64,000 nucleotides of DNA, from assembly GCA_001816585.1 (NCBI GenBank), contig MHCJ01000006.1:40-64039 (forward strand). The letters run 5' to 3'. The position numbers and the translations under genes were made by a program. The notes under the pieces were generated by a model that was not told the origin of the DNA, made no database searches, and worked only from the letters and a program-made list of their open reading frames with translations. The stretch's first letter is position 1. Each line of letters opens with the position of its first letter. Of this stretch, positions 9,904 through 19,329 are shown piece by piece. The stretch comes from Candidatus Chisholmbacteria bacterium RIFCSPHIGHO2_01_FULL_52_32 (GTDB lineage: Bacteria; Patescibacteriota; Microgenomatia; UBA1400; Chisholmbacteraceae).

Positions 9904-10840
9904 ACGACCTTTTTCTATTCAATGAGTATAATAATAACCCACCAAGAACAATCGATAAAACACCCATCCCCTGGGCAACATTAATCCCAAAAATAGCCCA
10001 CTGACTAATCCGTAACACCTCAAGCCCAAATCGACCCGCCCCATACAGTATAAGATACACGAAAAAATAGCTCCCTGCATGCAAGCGGAACCTCTTCCTC
10101 CAAATCAAAAACAGAACACCGAAAACGCCAAGCGAATACAGCGATTCGTAGAGGAAAAGGGGATGAAAATGGGTAAAATCCTCAAAACCGGCCATCCGAA
10201 ACTCGGGCGGGATAAAAAGACCCCAGGGAAGATCAGTCGGTTTCCCGTAGAGCTCCCGATTAAAAAAGTTTCCCCACCTCCCGATCGCCTGCCCAATCGG
10301 CAAGCCGAACGCCGCCAGATCAGAAAAAGCTAAAAATCGGTTCCTTACGCATTCAGAAAAGAGCGCGGACGTCTTTTCGTGCAGCGAACTACGGCCAGGC
10401 TGAAAGCCTGCCAGGCTTAACAACGAAGAAAGCTTCTCTAACCAAACCTTAGGAAACAAACGAAAAGTATGTCCGCGCTCACGACGGCATAACCACCAGC
10501 AAAACATCCACAATCCAAAGATCCCTCCGGCAATCGCCCCAAAAATCCCAAGCCCCCCCGTCCAAAGAGCGGGAATCAGGGCGAGGTGTTCCCGATAGTA
10601 CTCCCACAGATCGACTACATGATAGATACGCGCCCCAACAATCCCAGGTACCACCACCCACCACAACGATCCCCAAACATCGTTTGGGGATAATTCGAAT
10701 TTCGAATTTCGAATTTCGAATTTTCGCGCGAAGCGCGAGGCCACCCAAAATCCGACCAGAATCCCCAGTCCTACGAGAAGACCATAGGGGTGAATCATCA
10801 GTGAGAAAGTTTCCATTCTGCTTCCTCTATTGTAGCCCAA
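9890..10840 (-). CDS. lgt: Prolipoprotein diacylglyceryl transferase.
   Basis: Polytopic, with the Lgt signature region (...GRWGNFFNRELYGKPTDLPWGL...). An in-frame repeat insert, ARKFEIRNSKFEL, sits near the N-terminus. Confidence 0.8.
   Translation of the reverse strand: MGYNRGSRMETFSLMIHPYGLLVGLGILVGFWVASRFARKFEIRNSKFELSPNDVWGSLWWVVVPGIVGARIYHVVDLWEYYREHLALIPALWTGGLGIFGAIAGGIFGLWMFCWWLCRRERGHTFRLFPKVWLEKLSSLLSLAGFQPGRSSLHEKTSALFSECVRNRFLAFSDLAAFGLPIGQAIGRWGNFFNRELYGKPTDLPWGLFIPPEFRMAGFEDFTHFHPLFLYESLYSLGVFGVLFLIWRKRFRLHAGSYFFVYLILYGAGRFGLEVLRISQWAIFGINVAQGMGVLSIVLGGLLLYSLNRKRSYERN
10693..10726. repeat. Tandem heptamer repeat (ATTCGAA)x4, inside lgt and in frame.
   Basis: taattcgaatttcgaatttcgaatttcgaattttcg. 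Confidence 0.85.
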
Positions 10841-10854
10841 TCAAAAAAAAGGAA

Positions 10855-11433
10855 TCACAAAAGAAGGAGGTTGAGCAGCCCAAATCCACCAGTGAGGATC
10901 CACACAAACGTCCGTTGTTCTTCGGGTGAAACCTCTCGGGAAACCATCCAAAACAACCAGGAATTGAGGTGCTGCGGCCGCGTGAGCTGATCGCGCCAGA
11001 TATCGTAGACGAGGTGAACCATCAACCCGAGCGCAATCCCTTTCCCAAACAATCCCGAGGTTGAGGTGATCGCAAAGAACAGCACGGGAATAAAAACCAA
11101 CGCAAATACACCATTGCGAAAAGCCAGGTGGTACTGCTCTCCTCGACGAAGGAGAAGAGTTTGGAGTGCTTCCCGAAGTTTCCTTTGTCCCACCAACGAG
11201 GAAACCTGTTGCGAAAGCTGCTCGTGCGGCCGAGTGGCGTATACATGGATCACTCGGTCAAGGCCTAGAAGCGCCATTCCGATTGCGCCCCCGACCCAAA
11301 GTCCTACAAGATCAAACATCCCCCGAACGCTCCCGGGCCACTCCCACCGAAGAAGCATAAAGACAATCAAATAGACAACTAGCACACGGACATGCTCAGA
11401 AATCAACTTACGCATACTATTACTGTAGCACAA
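10855..11433 (-). CDS. Hypothetical polytopic membrane protein.
   Basis: 192-aa ORF with several hydrophobic helices. No recognised motif. Confidence 0.4.
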   Translation of the reverse strand: MCYSNSMRKLISEHVRVLVVYLIVFMLLRWEWPGSVRGMFDLVGLWVGGAIGMALLGLDRVIHVYATRPHEQLSQQVSSLVGQRKLREALQTLLLRRGEQYHLAFRNGVFALVFIPVLFFAITSTSGLFGKGIALGLMVHLVYDIWRDQLTRPQHLNSWLFWMVSREVSPEEQRTFVWILTGGFGLLNLLLL

Positions 11434-11496
11434 CTAAACTCCACGCAACAAGAAACCCCGGCAACAAACCAAGTACCCTTTGAGCGGCTTCTTTGT

Positions 11497-11700
11497 TCTT
11501 CATTCCCCTTTGAACGCAGCAATTCAAGACGAGCCGAGCGAAGACCATTAAAAAAGCGACCACTGTTCGACGAGCCTTTAGAGCGAGAAGTTTGGTCGCA
11601 TAGTCTAAAGGGAGGCGAAGTCCTGAATGACCGTTCAAGGGGCACCCTTTCTTGGTTCCTTCTTTGGGTGAGCAAAGAAGGAACTGCCATTCTTGGGCAC
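11497..11700. repeat. Copy C1 of a repeat family of about 190 bp. The 5' end ccctttgaacgcagc... is complementary to the internal ...cgttcaagggg, and a stem-loop closes the 3' end.
   Basis: Aligns along its whole length with the copies at 12476-12665 and 37735-37920. Confidence 0.55.
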
Positions 11701-11752
11701 ACAAAGAAAGTGGCTTTTTTTGGACAAGAGAAGAAACGGCCAGCCATCCCCT

Positions 11753-12037
11753 TTACCGCCGGACCTCAAAACCCCGAAGTGCCTCTGGTTTCTCCCAAGA
11801 AACATCAACCTTGCTCACCTTGGCAGACGGGCTCCCCTCCCAACACCAAGCGATCATTTCGTTGACCGCCGTCTTCTCCCCCTCAAACGCCGCCTCCACC
11901 CTTCCATCCGGAAGATTCCGGACCCATCCGGATAGCCCCAATGCCTGTGCCTCCTTCTGGGTATAGGCGCGAAAGAACACGCCTTGAACGAGGCCGGAAA
12001 TAACAACCTGTGCGCGAACCCGCATAATAATTACCAA
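11753..12037 (-). CDS. acyP: Acylphosphatase.
   Basis: 94 aa with VQGVFFR and GWVRNLPDGRVE motifs. Confidence 0.8.
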   Translation of the reverse strand: MVIIMRVRAQVVISGLVQGVFFRAYTQKEAQALGLSGWVRNLPDGRVEAAFEGEKTAVNEMIAWCWEGSPSAKVSKVDVSWEKPEALRGFEVRR

Positions 12038-12128
12038 TAATACAAATCCGACAAATAGTACAAATCAATCTTTATCTATATTCAATTTTTTTCTTTGGCA
12101 GAAATAATGATGCTCGACACGATTTTCG

Positions 12129-12458
12129 CTATTTCTTTCCCTTCTTGGCGGAGTTATTCCACAGACATCTCCCCAAATCCACATGCATCTCATCTCGAAA
12201 ACTCACTCCCTCAGCCTGCAACCTCCTTCGCTGCTCCGTCGCTCCGTCAAAGACAAAATTCGGCGCCAGTCTGCCGTTTCGGTCCACCACCCGGTGACAT
12301 GGCACCTTTGGATCGTTATTCGCATGCATTGCATGCCCGACCCTCCGCGCATCCCGTGTACCTAATGCCCTCGCGACCTCGCCATACGTTGTCACTCGGC
12401 CTCGCGGAATCTTCTTCACAACCCTGTAAACATCCTTAAAAAAACTCATAGATTCCAA
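12129..12458 (-). CDS. MGMT-family (O6-alkylguanine-DNA alkyltransferase DNA-binding domain) protein.
   Basis: 109 aa with the PCHRVV active-site motif and a HTH (TYGEVARALG). Confidence 0.7.
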   Translation of the reverse strand: MESMSFFKDVYRVVKKIPRGRVTTYGEVARALGTRDARRVGHAMHANNDPKVPCHRVVDRNGRLAPNFVFDGATEQRRRLQAEGVSFRDEMHVDLGRCLWNNSAKKGKK

Positions 12459-12475
12459 ATAAGTGTGTTTATGTT

Positions 12476-12665
12476 ACCCCTTTGAACGCAGCTACTCAAG
12501 ATGAGACGAGCGAATTCTAATAAGAAGTCATCGACTGTTCGACGAAGTGTTTACCACGAGGAGTTTGATGACATTGATGAGCGAGGCGAAATCCTGAGAG
12601 AACGTTCAGTGGGGTGCGCTTCTTTGGTTACTTTCTTGCGCAAACAAGAAAGTAACTTAATCCGC
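12476..12665. repeat. Copy C2 of the roughly 190-bp repeat family. Its 3' hairpin overlaps the stop of the CvpA-CAP gene.
   Basis: cccctttgaacgcagctactcaagatgagacgagcgaat...cgttcagtggggtgcgcttctttggttactttcttgcgcaaacaagaaagtaac. Confidence 0.55.
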
Positions 12666-13631
12666 AAACACCTGCACAAACATCTTCCCGTACGTCCCGC
12701 CATCAATGACCCCGATTCCGATCCGCTGAAATTCTGGGTCCAGGATATTCCGCCGGTGTCCCTCACTCTGCATCAATCCTTCATGCGCCATCTCAAGGGT
12801 CGGTGCGAGTGCCAGATTCTCCCCTGCCACAAGATACATCAGCCCTGCCTCACGCAGACGGTTTCCCACATCTTTCCCTTCTGGACTGACGTGGGAAAAG
12901 TACCCCCGCTCAAACATATCCGTAGCGTGGGCTCGGGCGACACCAACGATCGCCGGATCCCACAAGAGAGCCTTGACACCCCGCTCTTCCCGCTCACGAT
13001 TCACCAACCCAAACATCGCAAGCTCCGTCTTCTCATCAATGCGAAGCGAAGGTTTTGTAACTTCAAACCCGAGTTTAATCCGCTCCGTCCCTTTCGGCTC
13101 AACAGTCAGGAAGGAGAGGGTTTCTTGGATCGCCTCGCCGAATACGGCATCGAGCTGTCGCTCAAGCGTACTTGTCCGTCGGACTAGAAAACCCCCGATT
13201 CTACTTTCAAAGATCGTCTGTTTAACCTCCGGACGCAGTGGAAGGGAAGTCGCAAGTGTCAACAGTACAGCGCTCACAATCAACCCATTGATGAGCGACG
13301 GGAAAAGACCGAGAAGATTCCGCCAAAGTCGGGAGAGCTTCTTTGTAGGAAGTTCCTTGAGAGCCCCAACGAGAACAACGGTGAGGGTTGCGTGGGAGAG
13401 AAGATAAACAAACAGAAATCCGATGACGTTTGCGATGCCGCGGGATAACAGAAAAAGCTGGGAAAAGAGCTCGGCAGACCTCGGATAAAAACGGAGAGCG
13501 AACACAAATGCCCCGAGAAAGGCGATAAGATCGGCGACCAAAATAAAAAAACCCTCATCCCACGCATCGACAATCCAGATAAAAAGAATAAGCAGAATGA
13601 GAAGGTCAACAATATTTCCCTGAAACAGCAT
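12657..13631 (-). CDS. CvpA-family membrane domain fused to a C-terminal CAP/SCP (PR-1-like) domain.
   Basis: N-terminal MLFQGNIVDLLILLILFIWIVDAW... is CvpA-like with 4 TM helices. The C-terminal GYFSHVSPEG...GENLA...HR is CAP-like. Confidence 0.55.
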   Translation of the reverse strand: MLFQGNIVDLLILLILFIWIVDAWDEGFFILVADLIAFLGAFVFALRFYPRSAELFSQLFLLSRGIANVIGFLFVYLLSHATLTVVLVGALKELPTKKLSRLWRNLLGLFPSLINGLIVSAVLLTLATSLPLRPEVKQTIFESRIGGFLVRRTSTLERQLDAVFGEAIQETLSFLTVEPKGTERIKLGFEVTKPSLRIDEKTELAMFGLVNREREERGVKALLWDPAIVGVARAHATDMFERGYFSHVSPEGKDVGNRLREAGLMYLVAGENLALAPTLEMAHEGLMQSEGHRRNILDPEFQRIGIGVIDGGTYGKMFVQVFAD

Positions 13632-13723
13632 AAGGAATAATTGCTATATTGCAAAATGGTTAAATTGTTAAAAAACAATTCAACAATGAGCGAACTGATG
13701 TGAGCGGTAACAATATAACAATT

Positions 13724-14029
13724 TCATTTGTTCTCCTCATACAACGGCTCCCCTTTCTTCAACTTGGTCAATGCCCACATAAAGAGCTTTGCTTTGGAAC
13801 GCACGTTCCGAGCGTCCTTCACAAACGTCCGCGCCTGCTCGAGGTGGGCACGATTGGATACTTTGGCCAATTTGATGTAGAGGCTCTTATTCCGCTCATC
13901 GGAAAGCTCCATCGCTAAGCGATACCCATAATCCTGGAACTCCTGGGTAATATACTTCTTTTTATCCCAGTCGTATTCAAGGAGAAGTTTACCGATTGAT
14001 TGGAATTTCGCGTCCCGCTTCCTGCCCAT
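13724..14029 (-). CDS. Hypothetical protein.
   Basis: 101-aa ORF-track entry, basic, no recognised motif. Confidence 0.3.
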   Translation of the reverse strand: MGRKRDAKFQSIGKLLLEYDWDKKKYITQEFQDYGYRLAMELSDERNKSLYIKLAKVSNRAHLEQARTFVKDARNVRSKAKLFMWALTKLKKGEPLYEENK

Positions 14030-14060
14030 ATCTGCTCCCGGTGGTATAACTCAGGCAACG

Positions 14061-14606
14061 TCATTCGCTTACCAACCCGAGAATTCCACCAAACTCCAGA
14101 ACTACCTGATCAGTCACCTGTTGTATAAGCGCCTGTTCTTCTTCCGTAAACCGCTGCAGGACATACGCCTCTCCGGTCGTCCTCTGCTCTTCCATGCCCT
14201 TCGCCCTATGCTCTATGCCGATACGAATATGCCAGAATCCCTCCGAACCCAATTCTCTATAGATCGATTGAAGTCCCTGATGTACTTTCGGCCCTTTCCC
14301 AAATTGAATCTTGTACTTCCCAAGCGGAATATCTAAATCATCATGCACGACATAAAGATTAGACTTGGAAACCTTGTAAAACCGAACCAACTTCCCGACA
14401 GCCACTCCAGATCGATTCATAAACGTCTGTGGTTTCGCCAATAAAACATCATCTACCTGGAACACCAAGCTCATATACTTTTCATTGATTTTGAATTTTG
14501 AATTTTGAAGCGTTGCTGCTAGCTCCTCCACCACCAAAAATCCGACATTGTGTCTGGTGCCAACATATTTCCCTCCCGGATTCCCCAAACCAACGACAAG
14601 TTTCAT
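14061..14606 (-). CDS. pth: Peptidyl-tRNA hydrolase.
   Basis: MKLVVGLGNPG...GTRHNVGF...HDDLD signatures. Contains two in-frame repeat inserts, QNSKFKIN and an AKGMEEQR-type segment. Confidence 0.85.
   Translation of the reverse strand: MKLVVGLGNPGGKYVGTRHNVGFLVVEELAATLQNSKFKINEKYMSLVFQVDDVLLAKPQTFMNRSGVAVGKLVRFYKVSKSNLYVVHDDLDIPLGKYKIQFGKGPKVHQGLQSIYRELGSEGFWHIRIGIEHRAKGMEEQRTTGEAYVLQRFTEEEQALIQQVTDQVVLEFGGILGLVSE
14486..14510. repeat. Tandem heptamer repeat (TTTTGAA-like), inside pth and in frame.
   Basis: tgattttgaattttgaattttgaag. Confidence 0.8.
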
Positions 14607-14607
14607 A

Positions 14608-15243
14608 TCACGAAGCAGAAAGTATCCGCTTCACCTCCTCATCGGTCACCTGCCCAAATTCACGATAGAATTGTCCGACGGCAGAAAACCACTCCGGTTT
14701 ATCAAGACATATCGTGCGATCGGCTAACCGTTCAAGTCTGGTCATGGAATCCCGCGCTCCCGTCGGAACAGCCAGAATGATCTCTTTTGGGCGCTGGGTC
14801 CGAAGCCAGGAAAGCGCCGCTTCAAGTGTTGCGCCGGTCGCAACGCCGTCATCAACAACAATCACCACTTTCTCCTTGAGCACTAGGGATCGCCCCTCTC
14901 GAAATATCCGAATGTACTCCTGAATTGTCCGGGAAACCCGTCTCATCTCCCTCGGAAGATCTTCCTTCTCGATCCCAAGCTTGGAAAGAAGTTCCTCTTC
15001 AAAAATCGGCTTCCCGTCTTCAGCCATCGCCCCTATTGCCAATTCCGCATTGGAAGGTGCCCCAATTTTCTTGGTTACAATAACATCCAAAGGAAGATGA
15101 AGTGTTCGGGAAACCTCATATCCGACCACAACTCCCCCACGGGGTACGGCCAATACCAATGCATTCGGATGGTTGGAGTAGGAGAAAAGCTCCCTGGAAA
15201 GAAGTCGTCCAGCTTCTTTCCGGTCGCTAAAGACCTTTGCCAT
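14608..15243 (-). CDS. Phosphoribosyltransferase-family protein.
   Basis: PRPP-binding motif VVIVVDDGVATGATL. 211 aa. Confidence 0.65.
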   Translation of the reverse strand: MAKVFSDRKEAGRLLSRELFSYSNHPNALVLAVPRGGVVVGYEVSRTLHLPLDVIVTKKIGAPSNAELAIGAMAEDGKPIFEEELLSKLGIEKEDLPREMRRVSRTIQEYIRIFREGRSLVLKEKVVIVVDDGVATGATLEAALSWLRTQRPKEIILAVPTGARDSMTRLERLADRTICLDKPEWFSAVGQFYREFGQVTDEEVKRILSAS

Positions 15244-15248
15244 GTCGT

Positions 15249-15590
15249 TTACAGTCCGAATTGCTTTCCCAAACGCTGAATATGCGGACCTAAAACAGGC
15301 AGTTCAAACCGCTCGCCTTGATATGCCTTGACAATACAAACCAGCCAAAACACAAACATCAAAAGGCCCCAAAAGGGTAAGACAATCCATCCGACAATCG
15401 GAATGACCGTGAGGACAATCCACCCCACTACCCACACCAGCGACAGCCCAATCGATTGCACCGCATGGAAATGGACAAACTCGTCACCCTTACGCATTGC
15501 CAACATCACAATCCCGGTGATAAGACCAAGGACATAGGAAAGTGCTGCAGCGGTATTCCTTGGCAGGGTAACGTCTTCTTTTTCCGCCAT
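15249..15590 (-). CDS. DUF4870-like small membrane protein.
   Basis: 113 aa with hydrophobic helices and a ...HFHAVQS... motif. Confidence 0.5.
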   Translation of the reverse strand: MAEKEDVTLPRNTAAALSYVLGLITGIVMLAMRKGDEFVHFHAVQSIGLSLVWVVGWIVLTVIPIVGWIVLPFWGLLMFVFWLVCIVKAYQGERFELPVLGPHIQRLGKQFGL

Positions 15591-15824
15591 AATCTCGTCT
15601 CACCACCTTTCTAGCACCATAATATATTTCGATAGTCGCAGCCCCGTACTGGAGCCTGATTTTTGAAACGGCTGGACTCGCCTCGATTCGAGTCGAAGCG
15701 GGTAAGCGGTTTTCAAAAATTCAAGCGACTAGTTCTGGGGCAAGCACCGTAAAAAATCACAAAGAGTATATTGCTCCAACTCTACCATTCGTCCCTCTGA
15801 ACATCAAGGTTTGCCCCCGACCCT

Positions 15825-15935
15825 TACTCCCTATTTATCCTGAGCGGACTTGTCCTGAGTGACCTGTGGAGAGCCAAGCTGAACCAAATCGAAGGAGTCG
15901 AAGGACTCCATATTTATGCTGAGCGGAGTCGAAGG
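15825..15935. repeat. Interspersed element, copy A: ...atcctgagcggacttgtcctgagtgacctgtggagagccaagctgaaccaaatcgaaggagtcgaaggactcc... plus a duplicated tail.
   Basis: About 85% identical over roughly 75 bp to 33157-33235. Shares its core with segments inside nnr (26583-26628) and nrdJ (46312-46340). Confidence 0.65.
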
Positions 15936-15939
15936 ACTC

Positions 15940-17331
15940 CTAAAACAACGACATCTGAGTATCGGGCTCCGAAGCTTCTTCTCCAAAGATCTCAACCTTC
16001 CCAAAAACTCCATCGTAGCCAGGGCGGATTGAAATATTACCGTTTCGTACTTTTCGAATCGCCTCCCCTAAACGCTCTCCTTTAAACCGGGCTAATTCCT
16101 CAAGGGAAATCTGAAGCAGCACTGCAAACTCGCTTCCGAACTTTGTAACCAAAGAATGGTACTCACTAAGTACAGTATTACTTGATACACCAGAATGATA
16201 AACTTCACTTAATATCTCCAGCAGGGGAACAAGCATGACAAAAGGCGGCCGCGTTTCGTCTGACGGATGAGAAAGAGAAGTCACACCAACTGTATCCGAC
16301 TTCCGCGCGGTCGTTAAAGCGAATAACTCGTGATCGCTTAACTGGTCAACCCTGTACATCACCCCGACCGTCAGCGGTCTCCCGCAGACATGGCAGATAA
16401 CCCCTCGCTTTCGTGTCTCCTCCGGCGATTGAATAACCCCACAACTGCGATGTCCATCATAATGGTACTTCCCCTCCTCCGGATAGAATTCGATTGTAGA
16501 GGCAATCTGAAGCTTCCCCTCGTTCCTCCCCAAAAAACGTTCCGCAATCGCCCAATAAATATCGTTGTATTCAAAATTTGTCATTTGTAATTTGTCATTT
16601 GTCATTCCGTTTTTCTCCTGAAAAACGGTGGCCTCTCTTCCCAATTTCGGCCCGGAGTGGGCATCAGAGAATGACACGATCGCCCGCCTTTGAAGCTCGC
16701 TGATCCTCCAGTTCATAAGGGGGTCCGAAGAAAGACCGGTTTCCACCGCAAAAATCGATCCCGCCAAGTCCCCGAAACAGTCATCAATGGAGTCAAAGCC
16801 ACTTTTCGAGCCGTACAGACTAAACCACGGCGTCCACGCATGAGCCGGAATCACAAGACATCGCTGACTGACGGAAAACGCGATTTCTGCAATATCTCTT
16901 GCGGAAAGCCCGACAATGGGCCGGCCATCGGAGGCAAGATTACACCCCCGCTTCAAAAGCTCTGCGTTGATCCGCTCTGCTATCGCAAAGTCGGGAGCAA
17001 ACACAAGGGTATGAACCCTATGCGACTTTCCTCCCTGCGTGTAGATACTCGATATCTCCGCCGAAAGCAAAAACTTCACCTCACCCTGATCTCCTGGTCC
17101 CACCGCAACTTTTGACTTTTGACTTTCAACTTTTAACTGATAGATGCCCTCGCTCACCTCCTCAAGTTGACTTTGGATCTCCCGAAACCAAAGCGTATGC
17201 ATCCAATCTCCAGTGGCAACCAGATCAATACCCTTTCTCCTCGCCCATGACACAATTTCCGAAAGATCCATATTTTTTGAAACTGCCCGGGAATATTTTG
17301 AGTGAAGTTGAAGATCGGCGATAAGTTCCAC
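15940..17331 (-). CDS. PHP-domain (polymerase/histidinol-phosphatase-like) metal-dependent phosphoesterase.
   Basis: The N-terminal ADLQLHSKYSRA...DLVATGDWMH is a PHP signature. Two in-frame heptamer inserts: LKVESQKSKV and MTNDKLQMTNFE. Confidence 0.6.
   Translation of the reverse strand: MELIADLQLHSKYSRAVSKNMDLSEIVSWARRKGIDLVATGDWMHTLWFREIQSQLEEVSEGIYQLKVESQKSKVAVGPGDQGEVKFLLSAEISSIYTQGGKSHRVHTLVFAPDFAIAERINAELLKRGCNLASDGRPIVGLSARDIAEIAFSVSQRCLVIPAHAWTPWFSLYGSKSGFDSIDDCFGDLAGSIFAVETGLSSDPLMNWRISELQRRAIVSFSDAHSGPKLGREATVFQEKNGMTNDKLQMTNFEYNDIYWAIAERFLGRNEGKLQIASTIEFYPEEGKYHYDGHRSCGVIQSPEETRKRGVICHVCGRPLTVGVMYRVDQLSDHELFALTTARKSDTVGVTSLSHPSDETRPPFVMLVPLLEILSEVYHSGVSSNTVLSEYHSLVTKFGSEFAVLLQISLEELARFKGERLGEAIRKVRNGNISIRPGYDGVFGKVEIFGEEASEPDTQMSLF
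16576..16607. repeat. Tandem heptamer repeat (ATTTGTC/ATTTGTA), inside the PHP gene and in frame.
   Basis: atttgtcatttgtaatttgtcatttgtcattc. Confidence 0.8.
17108..17138. repeat. Tandem heptamer repeat (ACTTTTG/ACTTTCA/ACTTTTA), inside the PHP gene and in frame.
   Basis: acttttgacttttgactttcaacttttaact. Confidence 0.8.
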
Positions 17332-17382
17332 ACGTCCTCCAAACGCTGTCTATAGTATCATACAGAAGGAGGCTGGACGATC

Positions 17383-18261
17383 ATGGAAAATAAACCGTTT
17401 TTCTCAATCATCATTCCTACCTTAAACGAGGCGACCACCCTCCCGGTCCTCCTAAAAGACCTTACTAATCAGACCTGGAAGGACGTTGAAATCCTGATCG
17501 TTGATGCCAACTCGGAAGACAAAACCAACCAGAAAGCGGAATCCTTCCGAAAATATTTCGCTGGCCTCAAAATCATCATCAGCCAACAGCGAAACGTCGC
17601 CTACCAACGGAACTTAGGCGCCAAAAACGCGAAAGCAGATTGGATCATCTTCATGGACGCAGACAATCGGATTCCCCCATACTTTCTTCAAGGGGTGAAG
17701 TACCGACTTGAGGCTTTAAATCCTGACATCTTGTCAACTTGGATCCAAGCGGAAACAAGCGACACCAAAGACCAAGCGATCGCCACGATCGTGAATCTCT
17801 ATATTGAGATGCAGAAAACCACGAACAAACCCTCCGTCCTTGAGGCAATGATGTGTTTTAAAAAAGACGTGTTCCTTCGTCTTGGAGGATTTGAAACTTC
17901 AAGAAACTGGGGAGAAGGGGGTGAAATCCTCGAGAGGGCACTCCGAAAAAAGTTCCGCTTTGAAGTCGTCAGGGACCCAAAATTCACCTACTCGCTCAGA
18001 CGCTTACGCGCGCAAGGAACCTTGAAGAGCACCCGTACTGTTGCCAGACTTGAGCTTGCCCGGCTCCTATCAAAAAGGCTTCCGAAACAGAAGTTAAAAT
18101 TTCTCTACCCAATGGAAGGCGGCGCGTATTTTAAACAGCCCACCGAAAAGCAGGTCTCAAGGTTAAGAAGACTTGTCCAACGACTCTATCGCGGGACACC
18201 AGACGATAGAGAGCAGCCAAAGCACTGGTTCCTTGACCGTCTGTTTGGCAAGAAAGCATAA
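17383..18261 (+). CDS. Family 2 glycosyltransferase.
   Basis: FSIIIPTLNE...ILIVDANSED...DAD motifs (GT-A fold). Confidence 0.8.
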   Translation: MENKPFFSIIIPTLNEATTLPVLLKDLTNQTWKDVEILIVDANSEDKTNQKAESFRKYFAGLKIIISQQRNVAYQRNLGAKNAKADWIIFMDADNRIPPYFLQGVKYRLEALNPDILSTWIQAETSDTKDQAIATIVNLYIEMQKTTNKPSVLEAMMCFKKDVFLRLGGFETSRNWGEGGEILERALRKKFRFEVVRDPKFTYSLRRLRAQGTLKSTRTVARLELARLLSKRLPKQKLKFLYPMEGGAYFKQPTEKQVSRLRRLVQRLYRGTPDDREQPKHWFLDRLFGKKA

Positions 18262-18290
18262 CAGTCCTTGAAGAAAAAAAGACGATCCCT

Positions 18291-19316
18291 CTACAACAGA
18301 GTAACGATGTTGGAGAAGAACCGAGACAGGGAAAAACCGCTGATTTTGAAGAATTCAAAGAACACAAATAGGACATAGATTAACAAAAGCAAGACTCCTT
18401 CCCATCGCTCAAGCTGGTGCTTCGTGGAAGCAAGCATCCAAAACACCCCGAACACCACGACGAAGGCAACGGTCGCCAGAAGATACGGATGGAAACCCCC
18501 GTCAAGCACAATCGGATGGATGAGAGCAGTAATACCGAGAATGACGGTTGAATTAGCCACTACACTCCCCAGGAGATTCCCGTAGACCATCGCGGCTTGA
18601 TGATTTCTGACGGCTTCAACTTCAAAGGCAAATTCCGGCAATGTTGTCCCGATGGCTAAGAAAACGATGCCCATAAGAATAACAGGAATGCCTAACAACT
18701 CTGCAAGGTTGGTAGACGTCCGAACCAAAAGATCCCCGGAAAGCATGAGAATAAAAAGCCAAAAGACAAGCCAAACAAGATGCTTCCTGGTCCGCTTTTG
18801 GTTGAGCTTAAGAAGAATCCGATGCCAGAAAGGGCCCAAAGCATCCTGGTGTGATGCAAGATGCTCCGTCTTGCCGCGGAGGATCGTCATCGAATACCAA
18901 AGATAGACAACAAGTAAGATCAGCGCGTCGATTCGGGAGAGCGAGTTATCGACTAACAGAAGTAAAGGCAGGCTACCGGCCAGAAAAACCAGGAGCAGCT
19001 CGCGCCGTAAAAAATCGCCAACCACACGGATGGAGCCCCCCAGAACCGCCGCACCCCCCACGACCAATGAAATATTCGAAATGTTACTCCCCAACACGTT
19101 CCCCAGGGAAAGGGACGGTCTTCCCTCGATAGCAGAGGCAATACCGACCACAAGCTCCGGGAGGCTCGTTGCAAACGCCACGAGGAATGCCGTAAGTCCA
19201 AAAGCGCTTAGCTTGGTCATCTGTGAGAGTACCCGAAGTTCGGAAACAAGGTGGTCTGTCGCCCGAACAAGAAGGTAACCAAACAAAGCAATCAAAAGAA
19301 AATAAAGAAGAATCAC
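18291..19316 (-). CDS. Ca2+/Na+ antiporter, CaCA (YrbG-like) family.
   Basis: Two internal repeats of hydrophobic alpha-repeat motifs (GNVLGSNISNISLVVG and GTTLPEFAFEV). Confidence 0.7.
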   Translation of the reverse strand: MILLYFLLIALFGYLLVRATDHLVSELRVLSQMTKLSAFGLTAFLVAFATSLPELVVGIASAIEGRPSLSLGNVLGSNISNISLVVGGAAVLGGSIRVVGDFLRRELLLVFLAGSLPLLLLVDNSLSRIDALILLVVYLWYSMTILRGKTEHLASHQDALGPFWHRILLKLNQKRTRKHLVWLVFWLFILMLSGDLLVRTSTNLAELLGIPVILMGIVFLAIGTTLPEFAFEVEAVRNHQAAMVYGNLLGSVVANSTVILGITALIHPIVLDGGFHPYLLATVAFVVVFGVFWMLASTKHQLERWEGVLLLLIYVLFVFFEFFKISGFSLSRFFSNIVTLL

Positions 19317-19329
19317 GATCCTCCATGAA

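Noticed and set aside
11497-12665. A retron (msr/msd with a1/a2 inverted repeats) for the 190-bp repeat family
   Set aside because: The terminal complementarity resembles a1/a2, but no reverse-transcriptase gene is adjacent to any copy.
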